This document shows positions 36,808-46,237 of a DNA stretch of 64,000 nt, piece after piece. Made by a program: the position numbers and the translations under genes. Numbering within the stretch: position 1 is the first letter of the stretch; the number at the start of each line of letters is the position of its first letter. The notes under the pieces were generated by a model that had not been told where the DNA came from, ran no database searches, and saw nothing but the letters and a program-made list of their open reading frames with translations. Origin of the DNA: Minisyncoccia bacterium. GTDB taxonomy: Bacteria > Patescibacteriota > Minisyncoccia > Phycocordibacterales > GWA1-40-21. The stretch spans positions 4,459 through 68,458 of the forward strand of contig JBAVTE010000009.1 of NCBI GenBank assembly GCA_049695975.1, read 5' to 3'.

Positions 36808-39800
36808 GATTCTCTTCTTCTTTTTTCAGCTCTATATCTAGAGCAAGACCTTTAAGGCTATTCAAAAGCACATTAAACGAGGCAGGTAGACCTGGTTCCT
36901 TCATTCTTTCTCCTTTTACAATAGAATCAAATGCAAGAGACCTTCCGACAATATCGTCTGATTTGATAGTAAGCATTTCTCTAAGTGTATAGGCAGCTCC
37001 ATATCCAAGAAGTGCCCAGACCTCCATTTCTCCGAATCTCTGACCTCCGCCTTGTGATCTTCCTCCGAGTGGCTGTTGTGTAATCATGGAGTATGGACCG
37101 ATAGATCTCATGTGAATCTTGTCTTCAACTTCATGGTGAAGTTTCAAAATATACATATATCCAACTGCAATTTCTTGTTCAAATGACTCACCCGTCCTTC
37201 CGTCTAAGAGTTTCATTTTTCCACTTGCATTAAATCCAGCTTTCACTAATTCTTCTTTTATTTCGTCATCAGTAGCTCCAGCAAAAGGTGGTACGATGGC
37301 CTGATAATTAAGTGTGTTTGCAGCAAGACCAAGATGCAACTCAAGAATTTGTCCGAGGTTCATACGCGAAGGAACACCAAGCGGTGTAAGAATGATATCG
37401 ATAGGAGTTCCATCTTCCATAAATGGCATATCTTCCTCTGGCATTATTTTTGAAATAACACCTTTGTTTCCGTGCCTTCCTGCAAGTTTATCACCGACTG
37501 AAACATTTCTCACCTGAGCAATCTCAATGTGAATTCTTTTTATAATTCCTGAATCAAGCTTATCTCCAAGTTCTCTAGAAAAAACTTTAACGGAAATAAT
37601 TCTTCCTCTTTTTCCTCCTTCAAGCCTCTTTGAAGTATCTTTAACATCTCTTGCTTTTTCTCCGAAAATAGATCTGAGAAGTCTCTCTTCTGGGGTTAGC
37701 TGTGTCTCACCTTTTGGTGTGATCTTACCAACAAGTATATCGCCAGACATTACTTCTGCTCCTACGCGGATAATACCATCTTCATCGAGATTTTTTAATT
37801 TTGATTCACCAACGTTCGGAATATCATGAGTGGTGATTTCTGGACCAAGTTTTGTGTCACGGACATTTACAATAAATTCCTCAATATGCACAGATGTAAA
37901 TTTACTATCTTTTACAATCCTTTCTGAAAGAATGATGGCATCTTCATAGTTTGCTCCAAACCATGTCATAAAAGCGACAAGACCATTTTGACCAACTGCC
38001 ATTTCTCCATTAACAGAAGAAGATGTATCCGCGAGTAATGTACCCTTCTTAATTTTTTCACCCAGTGAAACTGCGGGTCTCTGATGAAAAGCGGTCAAAC
38101 TGTTTGTTTTTGAGAAAGTTACAAGTTTATATTCTTTTTCTTTTCCTTTACTATTTTTAATTATTACTTTATTTGCATCTACACAACTCACAATACCTTC
38201 TTCCTCTGCATAGATAATTCTTCCTGTATATTTTGCGACTTCACCTTCAATACCAGTAGCTACAAGTGGTGCTTCTGGAATAATACAAGGCACCGCTTGC
38301 TTCTGCATGTTGCAACCCATCAAAGCTCTATTAGCATCATCGTGGTTTAAGAATGGAATCATTGATGGCGCAATAGAAAACGCCTGATTTGTAGCAATAT
38401 CTATATAATCCACATCCTCTCTTTTACAAATTTGTGGTTTTCCATTCAGACGAACTTCAACTTCATAATTTGTGATTTTTCCTTTTTCATCATACTTCTG
38501 AGCCGCATGAGCGATCTTATAATTTTCTTCTTCAAATGCATTGAAATATTTTATTTCATCCGTAATAAAACCATTTTCAACTTTTGCATAAGGTGTTTCA
38601 ATCATTCCAAATTCATTTATTCTAGCGTAAATAGATAATCTTAAAATAAGACCAATATTTTGACCTTCTGGTGTATGGATTGGACAAACTCTACCGTAGT
38701 GTGACGGATGAACGTCTCTCACTTCGAATCCTGCTCTTTCTCGAGTAAGTCCGCCTGGGCCGAGGGCAGATAGAGTTCTTAATTGCTCTATTTCCTGTAA
38801 AATATTTTCCTGTTGCATAAACTGAGAAAGTTGGTTCGTCGCAAAAAATTCTTTTATTCTTGCTTGAAGAGGCCTTGGAGAAATAAACTGCACAGGCATA
38901 GAAATACTGGGATCTATAGTAGACATTCTGTCTTGAATGTTTCTCTTCATTTGAGTCATTCCTATTCTCATTTTTGCCTGAAGAAGTTCTCCGACTGATC
39001 TAACACGGCGAGAACCCAAGTGATCTATATCGTCTTCTACTGCATCTGGATCACCATTTTGCTTTGTAATGTATTTTATTGTTGTAACAATATCATCTAT
39101 TGTAATATTCTTTTGCTCAAGAGATTTTTCATCCATCGGCTTTCCAAATCTTTTGTTAAATTTAAACCTACCAACTTTAGAAATGTCATACCTCTCGGCA
39201 TTAAAAATAGAATTTATAAAACCCTTTGCATTATCCACTGCAGCAAGATCACCGTCTCGAAGTTTTTTGTATATTTCAATATATGCTTCGTCCTGAGTTT
39301 TAACATGATCCTTCTCCATAGAAGTCATCATCACTTTTTTTGATTCCTCATCGTCATTAAAAAAAGCAAGTATTTCTTTGTCATCTTTTGCACCGAGAAC
39401 TCTCAAAAGAGAGATCACAGAAAATTTTCTTTTTTTATCAATTTTTACATATATTGATCCATCTGCTTCAGACTCTATTTCTATCCAAGCTCCTCTTGAT
39501 GGAATTATTTTTGCACCAAAATAATTTTTCCCTTTGCTTTCATTTGTTGTAAAGAAAATACCATAAGATCTGGCAAGTTGTGGAACAATAACTCTCTCTA
39601 TTCCATTTATAATAAAAGTACCATGACCTGTCATCATAGGAATTTCTGATAGGAATATTTCCTGCTCTTTTACTGTTCCTAAGGTTTTATTTTTTAATAT
39701 AACTTTTGCTTTAAAAGATGCTTCGTAAGAAATTTTTCTATCTTTTGCATGATATTCATCATATTTAGGTTTTTCTATAGAAAAACCACCAAATGACAAT

Positions 39801-39994
39801 TCAAATTTCTTATCAGCATAATCTTTTATTGGAGAAAACTCCTTGAGTACTTCTTTGAGCCCTGTTTCCAGAAAACGGACGTATGATTCTGTTTGATGTT
39901 CCACAAGATTTGGAATTAACACCAAAGGTTTCTTGAATTTACCAAAATATTTCTTCGTAGTTTTACCTCCAGTTATAAAAGAAGCTTGATTCAT
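36794..39994 (-). CDS. rpoB: DNA-directed RNA polymerase beta subunit (compact, 1066 aa)
   Basis: Conserved beta-subunit regions including the rifampicin-cluster region (FGEMEVWAL, GGQRFGEME); 14-nt overlap with rpoC. Confidence 0.95.
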   Translation of the reverse strand: MNQASFITGGKTTKKYFGKFKKPLVLIPNLVEHQTESYVRFLETGLKEVLKEFSPIKDYADKKFELSFGGFSIEKPKYDEYHAKDRKISYEASFKAKVILKNKTLGTVKEQEIFLSEIPMMTGHGTFIINGIERVIVPQLARSYGIFFTTNESKGKNYFGAKIIPSRGAWIEIESEADGSIYVKIDKKRKFSVISLLRVLGAKDDKEILAFFNDDEESKKVMMTSMEKDHVKTQDEAYIEIYKKLRDGDLAAVDNAKGFINSIFNAERYDISKVGRFKFNKRFGKPMDEKSLEQKNITIDDIVTTIKYITKQNGDPDAVEDDIDHLGSRRVRSVGELLQAKMRIGMTQMKRNIQDRMSTIDPSISMPVQFISPRPLQARIKEFFATNQLSQFMQQENILQEIEQLRTLSALGPGGLTRERAGFEVRDVHPSHYGRVCPIHTPEGQNIGLILRLSIYARINEFGMIETPYAKVENGFITDEIKYFNAFEEENYKIAHAAQKYDEKGKITNYEVEVRLNGKPQICKREDVDYIDIATNQAFSIAPSMIPFLNHDDANRALMGCNMQKQAVPCIIPEAPLVATGIEGEVAKYTGRIIYAEEEGIVSCVDANKVIIKNSKGKEKEYKLVTFSKTNSLTAFHQRPAVSLGEKIKKGTLLADTSSSVNGEMAVGQNGLVAFMTWFGANYEDAIILSERIVKDSKFTSVHIEEFIVNVRDTKLGPEITTHDIPNVGESKLKNLDEDGIIRVGAEVMSGDILVGKITPKGETQLTPEERLLRSIFGEKARDVKDTSKRLEGGKRGRIISVKVFSRELGDKLDSGIIKRIHIEIAQVRNVSVGDKLAGRHGNKGVISKIMPEEDMPFMEDGTPIDIILTPLGVPSRMNLGQILELHLGLAANTLNYQAIVPPFAGATDDEIKEELVKAGFNASGKMKLLDGRTGESFEQEIAVGYMYILKLHHEVEDKIHMRSIGPYSMITQQPLGGRSQGGGQRFGEMEVWALLGYGAAYTLREMLTIKSDDIVGRSLAFDSIVKGERMKEPGLPASFNVLLNSLKGLALDIELKKEEENLDNN

Positions 39995-40242
39995 TTTATT
40001 TTATAAAATTAATAATTAATAATTAACAAAATACTAAAAAATAAATAAAGACAAAAAATCACCCTTTACGCCCAAAGGTGCATTTAATCCTATATTTATT
40101 ATTGTTTTTTTTTAAGCAAGATATTAATCTACTTAATAGAGACAAGCTTCCATCAGTAACTCATTCTTACTAAAGCTGTTGATAGGCTACACGAAAGTAG
40201 AAAAAATGTCAATGTTGATAACTTTTATACAGTTCGCACACA

Positions 40243-41910
40243 TCATGACATGATCTTCCGCACAAACAATCTTACAATACGAATTTCCTCAAAGGAATAG
40301 TCAGCACCGAGTTTATTTTTAATGGGTGACAAGAGAAAATCACGATTGTCACCATAAAGGTCCTTGAAAGTGGAATATATTTTAGTAAATTTTGCATTTG
40401 GAACTTCTGCTTTCAATTTTGAAATGTCAAAATCAGAATCTTTCGCTAAAATCTTTTCTATATTTGAAATAACTGAATCTACTTTTACATTTTTTAATTT
40501 TGCAATTTCTTTTATTGAAAGTCCCCCTTCTATCATTGCTTTGACTTTGTCCGATGCGGAAACTTTTCTTTTTTTAATTTTGATTGAACCTGCGATGGGC
40601 GAAATTTTTTCCAAAAATTTCGCCTGCTTTTCTTTGATTTCACTTTCATCAAGCGACTCGAGAAACTTTACATCAATTTCTGACCTTTTGCGAAACATCT
40701 CGTCATACTCGAGAACTTCATCATTCACACAAAGGGCCATGTCGTTCATTCCGAGCAAATTGAGGCCTTCTAGAGACCTCACACGGGAAAGGGCCACATA
40801 TCCCATACCTTTTTCAAAAGATCTCGAAAGGTCGACTTCCACGGCATCCAAGCTCATCCCCTGACTTTTATGCACCGTAATAGCCCAAGCTAGACGAATC
40901 GGAAACTGTTCTATCACAGCTTTTGTCTTTCCTTCCTCTTCTATTTTCCAAGTTGCAACTTCAACATCTATCACTTTACCAGACACAGTCATCACTCGAG
41001 GATGTCCGTATTTACAGTCAATGATTTTACCAAGAGTTCCATTTGCATATCCTGCCTCAGCATTATTTTTTACAAATATTACTTTGGCACCAATTTTTAA
41101 TTTCAAAATTTCTGGAGCAAGGCAACTTTTTTTCAGAGAATCAAGAAGCGGTTTTCTCCCCTTCTCTTCCATATTGAAAACAAATGTCTGACCAGAAATT
41201 TTTGCGAGCTCAGCTTCATTTATTGAATCTACATTTATATTATGTGTATGAAGTCGTGTCGGCTCAATATTTTGTATAGTTTTTTTATTATATCTTTCTC
41301 GTAAAATAAGTAATGTGTCCTCGCTCACACAATTTCCGCGAATGTCATTTAAAACTTTCAAAAAGTTTTGGTCCTTCTGTCTGTGTTGCTCATCGAGATA
41401 ACAAATTCTCATATTCAAATCTTTCCAAGCAGATGATTTATAAGAAAAATGTGATTCCCTCTCCCCCATTCGGGAAACTGGAGGAAGCTGAAAAAAATCA
41501 CCACAAAGTATGACCTGCATTCCACCAAAAGGAGCATTTACTCTGCGAAGTCGCCGAGCTACATTGTCCACAAGATCAAGCCGAGAATGATGAAGCATTG
41601 AGATCTCATCTATGACAAGTACATCTGTGTTTTTCAATCTGTCATAAATATATTTTTTACTTTCTAAATCTTCAAGATCATAAAGTGTAAGATCGTCTTT
41701 TATTCCGATTCCAGACCAAGAATGAATAGTGGAACCGCCAATGTGTGTCGCTGCGATTCCTGTAGAAGCCGTCACTCCCACTTCCACACCTTTATTTTTT
41801 AGGAAATTAATATACTCATTTAAAAGATGTGTCTTTCCGCTTCCGGCAGCACCAGTAATGTAGCAATTGTATCCCATCTTCAAAATTTCCAGCGCTTGCT
41901 TTTGAGTCAT
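40243..41910 (-). CDS. Pif1/RecD-family SF1B helicase with C-terminal helix-turn-helix extension
   Basis: Walker A CYITGAAGSGKTHLL, Walker B VLVIDEISML, Pif1-like motifs (QLPPV, VHKSQG); C-terminal GLSIKEIAKLKNVKVDSVISNIEKI HTH. Confidence 0.75.
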   Translation of the reverse strand: MTQKQALEILKMGYNCYITGAAGSGKTHLLNEYINFLKNKGVEVGVTASTGIAATHIGGSTIHSWSGIGIKDDLTLYDLEDLESKKYIYDRLKNTDVLVIDEISMLHHSRLDLVDNVARRLRRVNAPFGGMQVILCGDFFQLPPVSRMGERESHFSYKSSAWKDLNMRICYLDEQHRQKDQNFLKVLNDIRGNCVSEDTLLILRERYNKKTIQNIEPTRLHTHNINVDSINEAELAKISGQTFVFNMEEKGRKPLLDSLKKSCLAPEILKLKIGAKVIFVKNNAEAGYANGTLGKIIDCKYGHPRVMTVSGKVIDVEVATWKIEEEGKTKAVIEQFPIRLAWAITVHKSQGMSLDAVEVDLSRSFEKGMGYVALSRVRSLEGLNLLGMNDMALCVNDEVLEYDEMFRKRSEIDVKFLESLDESEIKEKQAKFLEKISPIAGSIKIKKRKVSASDKVKAMIEGGLSIKEIAKLKNVKVDSVISNIEKILAKDSDFDISKLKAEVPNAKFTKIYSTFKDLYGDNRDFLLSPIKNKLGADYSFEEIRIVRLFVRKIMS

Positions 41911-41942
41911 GTAAATATCTTAACACAGAAATTTAAAAAACT

Positions 41943-42620
41943 TTAAAAAGTTTTTCTCCATGCATCTATCTCCTTATGATTTCCTGAAAGTAGTACTTTT
42001 GGAACTCTATATTTTTTGCCTTTATATTTTAAAATTTCTGGACGAGTATAAACTTCACTACTTGAAATACGTTCTTCTTCTCGAGAAGAAAAATTACCAA
42101 GAACACCTTCTGTTTGTCTTGCTATACAATCTATCACAATCATCGCCGGCAATTCCCCACCAGTCAAAACAAAATTTCCTACGGAAATTTTATCTGTTTT
42201 ATAAATTTTATTTATCCTCTCGTCTATCCCTTCATACCTGCCACAAATGATAATAATGTCAGAATACTTTTCCACACTTTCCTTCGCATATTGCGTATCA
42301 AAAAGTTTACCGTCTGGAACAAGAAAAATTATTTTCGTTTTTGCTTTTTTATTTTTCTTTATTTTAGAAAGTGCCTTTTCTATGGCTTTTACCACAGGCT
42401 CCGCTTGCATTACCATGCCCGGACCTCCTCCATAAGGAATATCATCCACTCTTTTATATGGCTTATCTTTTCTGGCCTGTATTTTAGTCACCTTCGCAAA
42501 ATCTCGTGGATTATAAAAATCTACCTTCAAAAGTTTATTTTTTATCGCCCGTGCCAAAATAGATTCAGCCAAATATGAGCTAAATGATTCTGGAAAAAGT
42601 GTAATGATATGAAATTGCAT
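41943..42620 (-). CDS. trmD: tRNA (guanine37-N1)-methyltransferase
   Basis: MQFHIITLFPESF start typical of TrmD; SPOUT-knot motifs IPYGGGPGMVM and GRYEGIDERI; the longer ORF-track form (start 42758) would add a 46-aa hydrophobic extension. Confidence 0.85.
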   Translation of the reverse strand: MQFHIITLFPESFSSYLAESILARAIKNKLLKVDFYNPRDFAKVTKIQARKDKPYKRVDDIPYGGGPGMVMQAEPVVKAIEKALSKIKKNKKAKTKIIFLVPDGKLFDTQYAKESVEKYSDIIIICGRYEGIDERINKIYKTDKISVGNFVLTGGELPAMIVIDCIARQTEGVLGNFSSREEERISSSEVYTRPEILKYKGKKYRVPKVLLSGNHKEIDAWRKTF

Positions 42621-42954
42621 AAATGTAAAATACAACAAAAATAGAAAAATAGCAAAAAATAAAAACAAAGGACCTTTTGAACGATTTAGCGTAGCAAGCA
42701 GAAAATCAACAAAATTTTTAGAAAAACGAAATTCCTGTAGCAAAGTACTTTTGAACATCCTTGGGAGGAGCGGTCTGGCGACGGACAGAGAAAATTTTTA
42801 GCAAAAAATTTTCGTGATGGGCAAAAGTATTTTGTGGAGGGAATTTTGTTTTTCTAAAAATTTTGTATAATTTTCTAGATTGCGAAGCTATTAGTGAGAA
42901 ATGTCCTTTGTTTTTATTTTTTGCTATTTTTTAAATTCTTAGATTAACAAAAAC

Positions 42955-42986
42955 AAAACCACCTATAAAAGTGGTTTTGTTTTTTA
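42955..42986. terminator. hairpin terminator between the KH-protein gene and trmD
   Basis: AAAACCAC-loop-GTGGTTTT 8-bp stem flanked by T-runs on both strands. Confidence 0.45.
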
Positions 42987-42998
42987 GACTAAACTAAT

Positions 42999-43331
42999 TT
43001 AGAACTTTAGATCTGCCATTGCCTCATCTACTGTCTTTGAGGTTTTCATTTCTGGTCTAACACTGGTTTCTGGCCTAGTGCTTCCTTCTGGCTCGTTGAT
43101 CTTCAAGTTTACTCTTGAGTTGTTTTTCATTCCTACAACTCGAAGAAGTGTTCTGATGGCTTTGGCTGTATTACCGAGTCTTCCAATGACCTTGCCCATA
43201 TCGGCATTGTCCACTGTAAGAGTAAGTAAAACACCCATCTCATCCACAGTCCTTGTGATAACCACTTTTTCAGGTACATCAACAAGCGCTTTTACAACAT
43301 ACTCGAGAAACTTTACATCGTTTTCTGTCAT
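42999..43331 (-). CDS. KH-domain RNA-binding protein (YlqC/UPF0109-like) between rpsP and trmD
   Basis: VVKALVDVPEKVVITRT...MGKVIGRLGNTAKAIRTLL (KH GXXG loop); conserved rpsP-KH-(rimM)-trmD context. Confidence 0.75.
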   Translation of the reverse strand: MTENDVKFLEYVVKALVDVPEKVVITRTVDEMGVLLTLTVDNADMGKVIGRLGNTAKAIRTLLRVVGMKNNSRVNLKINEPEGSTRPETSVRPEMKTSKTVDEAMADLKF

Positions 43332-43546
43332 TATTTTGTGAAAATTAATTTTTCTTTCATGCAGTAGTTTCGACCGGAATAATTTATTAAATACTGCCTA
43401 AAAAAATAATAGCATAAAAATAAAAATCAAACAACAAAAGCACTTTGCTACAAGGACTTCTTTTTGAAACCTTAAATAAACAAAAAGCCACACAAGATTA
43501 TTCTTTTTCTGAACGCAAAAAAAGTACAATCTCGTGTGGCTTTAGT

Positions 43547-43948
43547 TTATGCTTTTACTTCTTCTTTAGGTGTTTCAACTTTTACTTCTTCAACTGGTTT
43601 TTCCGCCTTTACTTCTGCTTTTGGAGTATTCTTTGCGGCCTCTTCTGCTTCCTTGGCTTTATTAGCATTAATAATTTTATTTTTTGGTAAAACGTTTATT
43701 TTCTTACCAGCAATAATTTTTTGTTCAATAAGAAAATTCCTAACAGTTGCAGAAAGTTGAACGCCTTTTGAAATCCAATGTTTTACTTTTTCACCATCTA
43801 CAGTACATATTCCTTTTCCTCGAGCATCATAAGAACCAAGCACTTCAAGATATCTTCCGCTCTTTGTGCTGTTCTTCGAATCTGTAAGCACAATCCTAAA
43901 AGTCGGCTCATGTACTCTTCCAACCCTTTGTAATCTAATTATTAACAT
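43547..43948 (-). CDS. rpsP: 30S ribosomal protein S16 with Ala/Lys/Glu-rich C-terminal extension
   Basis: MLIIRLQRVGRVHEPTFRIVLTDSKNSTKSGRYLEVLGSYD matches S16; start taken at the ATG at 43948; ~45-aa AKE-rich tail. Confidence 0.85.
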   Translation of the reverse strand: MLIIRLQRVGRVHEPTFRIVLTDSKNSTKSGRYLEVLGSYDARGKGICTVDGEKVKHWISKGVQLSATVRNFLIEQKIIAGKKINVLPKNKIINANKAKEAEEAAKNTPKAEVKAEKPVEEVKVETPKEEVKA

Positions 43949-44159
43949 AAAAGATATACTAAACAAAAAAGAGATAAAAGTCAAACCCATCTGGTAATTC
44001 CACTCATAAAACTACTCTTGATTTAGTATTAAAAAATCCTTTTGATTTATATAAAAAGCATTATCCTCCTGTATCTTATTGCTAAAAAACAAAAATACAA
44101 AGATTACTTTTCTAAATAACCTAAATATAAGCGAGCGGTTACAACGTACCTTTCCTAGC

Positions 44160-44191
44160 AAAAAACAGCCCTTATATGGAGCTGTTTTTTG
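44160..44191. terminator. hairpin terminator 20 nt downstream of the PKD-repeat protein gene
   Basis: AACAGC-loop-GCTGTT stem followed by TTTTTT (plus strand) and preceded by AAAAA (T-run on minus strand). Confidence 0.45.
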
Positions 44192-44214
44192 ACTGCACGA
44201 ATTTTCAATAATAT

Positions 44215-45621
44215 TTACAAATCCTTTTCCCCTATTGCAATCCATTCGTGAGATGCGATGTTCTGAGTTTTTCTAGCAACTGAAATTATTTCCTTTGTAG
44301 CAATATCAATTCTTCCATTATGAAGTAAACAATTCTTTGCAATGTTTTTTACGGCAACAGATGAGATGATTGCATTATTTTCTCTAGCACAATCTTCCAC
44401 TGCGCAAATCGCTCTCTCATAAATTTCATTATGAGAAATAATAGATGTTTTTTCATTATCAATCTGCGTGTTAATAAAATTTGTTTCATTATTTTTAATA
44501 CCTTCTTCTACAGAAATATTTTTGGTTTGAATTTTTGCTTTTCTATTCTGTAAAATATATGCCATACCTGCACTCCAGATAGAAAGTCCGAGGACAAAAA
44601 ACCACAAACTATCAATATCACCGAGACCAGTGTAAGGCACCTCACTAAGGTATACAGAAGTGAGACTTGGACTTGTGTAAGCCAAGACTTGGCCCACACC
44701 TACTGAACAAGTTCTAGAAATACTATCCCCACCAGAAGAGATAGTGACTGTCATTGTCTTTGCGCCAGGCGATCCATAAGTTTTCAAAACAGAATATCCA
44801 TAACCTGTAGCTCCATCACTACCGTACCAACTTAAATTGTATGAACCATTTCCACCAGATGGATAGGCATTCCAAACTATTTGATCTCCCACTTTTCCGT
44901 TTGAAGGTACACCTTCGCAATATCCAGACAAGGAATTACTATAATAAACAGCTGGACCTCCTCCTCCACTACAGTTTGATGTACAAACAACAGGATTATT
45001 TCCGCCTGAAGTAGTCACTGTGGCACTACAATTTGCAGTTGCACTTTGAGTTCCTGAAGTCACCGTAATAGTTGCTGTTTTTGTACCAATTGAAGAATAT
45101 GCCAAAGATGCTGTACTCGCAGTACCAGAAAGTGAATCTGAGCCTGACCATGAATATGTATAGTTCCCTGTTCCTCCACTTGCAACAGAGCTCCAATTTA
45201 CTGAATTACCTGTCTGAATGTTTGATGGATTTGCAGAACAAGAGGCAGTGAGAGTTGATGGTGGAGGTGTGGTTGTGACATTGGCACTACAATTTGCAGT
45301 TGCACTTTGAGTTCCTGAAATTACAGTGACTGTTCCAATTTTTATTCCAGTAGAAGAATATGATTTTGAAATAGAAGAATTTGAACCAGACAAGCTGTCT
45401 GTACCAGTCCAAGAATATGAATATGAACCTGTGCCACCCAAAGCATTTGCATTCCATGCTACTGAATCACCAACAATTGCAGATGATGGATTTGCAGAAC
45501 AAGTTGGAAGATTCATAGCCTCAGCTTTACTTGTAGAAAAAATTAATACACCAAAAATGATCCCAATTATAGTTGGAATCAAACAAATTTTATGTATTGA
45601 AGATGTATAGTTTTTTTTCAT
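44215..45621 (-). CDS. type-I membrane surface protein: signal/anchor, three Ser/Thr-rich PKD-like repeats, Thr/Pro linkers, C-terminal TM helix and ~110-aa cytoplasmic tail
   Basis: Start at the ATG at 45621 (MKKNYTSS, hydrophobic N-terminus); repeats CSANPSSAIVGDSVAWNANALGGTGSYSYSWTGTDSLSG x3 (PKD-like WxxGDG core); TM LWFFVLGLSIWSAGMAYIL near the C-terminus. Confidence 0.6.
   Translation of the reverse strand: MKKNYTSSIHKICLIPTIIGIIFGVLIFSTSKAEAMNLPTCSANPSSAIVGDSVAWNANALGGTGSYSYSWTGTDSLSGSNSSISKSYSSTGIKIGTVTVISGTQSATANCSANVTTTPPPSTLTASCSANPSNIQTGNSVNWSSVASGGTGNYTYSWSGSDSLSGTASTASLAYSSIGTKTATITVTSGTQSATANCSATVTTSGGNNPVVCTSNCSGGGGPAVYYSNSLSGYCEGVPSNGKVGDQIVWNAYPSGGNGSYNLSWYGSDGATGYGYSVLKTYGSPGAKTMTVTISSGGDSISRTCSVGVGQVLAYTSPSLTSVYLSEVPYTGLGDIDSLWFFVLGLSIWSAGMAYILQNRKAKIQTKNISVEEGIKNNETNFINTQIDNEKTSIISHNEIYERAICAVEDCARENNAIISSVAVKNIAKNCLLHNGRIDIATKEIISVARKTQNIASHEWIAIGEKDL
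44690..45441 (-). repeat. three tandem ~240-bp intragenic repeats encoding the PKD-like domains
   Basis: Recurrent DNA segments, e.g. gcactacaatttgcagttgcactttgagttcctgaag appears twice (~45010 and ~45290). Confidence 0.55.
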
Positions 45622-46111
45622 AACAAATAATAAATAATCTGCAGGCAGACATAATTGTGTGACAAAATATAGAGACAATTTCTCACTAATTTTAATGAAA
45701 AGAAGACAAAAAAAACGATTGAATTTAAACTTAAAAATGATTGAGCTTTCGAATCAAAAAAGAACATTAAAATTAAAAGAGAACATTACTGCTATAGAGT
45801 GTATCATATGCCACAAAAATGTCAAGCCTAAAAAACTAATTGCATATTATATTAAATAGAAATATCTAAAATTTTGTAAAATTTAATCATATTAATCTAC
45901 GAAAAAGACTGCCTTATCAATTGATAATTTATAAAGGACATTTACTATTCTAAAAGACAGAGTATGAATGTCCTTTAGAATATATGCCTTAAATTATAAC
46001 AAATTGAGACGTTGAACATTCAAATTGTTTTGGTTCTCGAGACTGCCTTGCATAAGAAGGTCGACACTTATAGAACCACGACCAAAAACGAACGGGATTA
46101 CTACTGTTTGA

Positions 46112-46149
46112 TAACAACAAAAAATGCAAAACCCCGCCGAAGCGGGGCC
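46112..46149 (-). terminator. GC-rich Rho-independent terminator ~100 nt downstream of the Wzy_C/TPR gene
   Basis: CCCCGC-CGAA-GCGGGG hairpin; on the minus strand followed by TTTTGCATTTTTTGTTG. Confidence 0.55.
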
Positions 46150-46237
46150 TTACATAGACATTCGTTTGGGCTAACTAATTGCTAGCACTCACCTTAGTAT
46201 CTTTGCATATTTTAGAAAAATTGCAAGCATTTTTAAA

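Noticed and set aside
33215-39343. Plus-strand ORFs of 61-109 aa scattered through rpoC and rpoB
   Set aside because: All are antisense to the highly conserved RNA polymerase subunit genes.
45659-45859. 66-aa basic ORF in the long intergenic region upstream of the PKD-protein gene
   Set aside because: No start context, no motif, AT-rich low-complexity; more likely non-coding leader or regulatory sequence (kept only as part of the intergenic-region finding).
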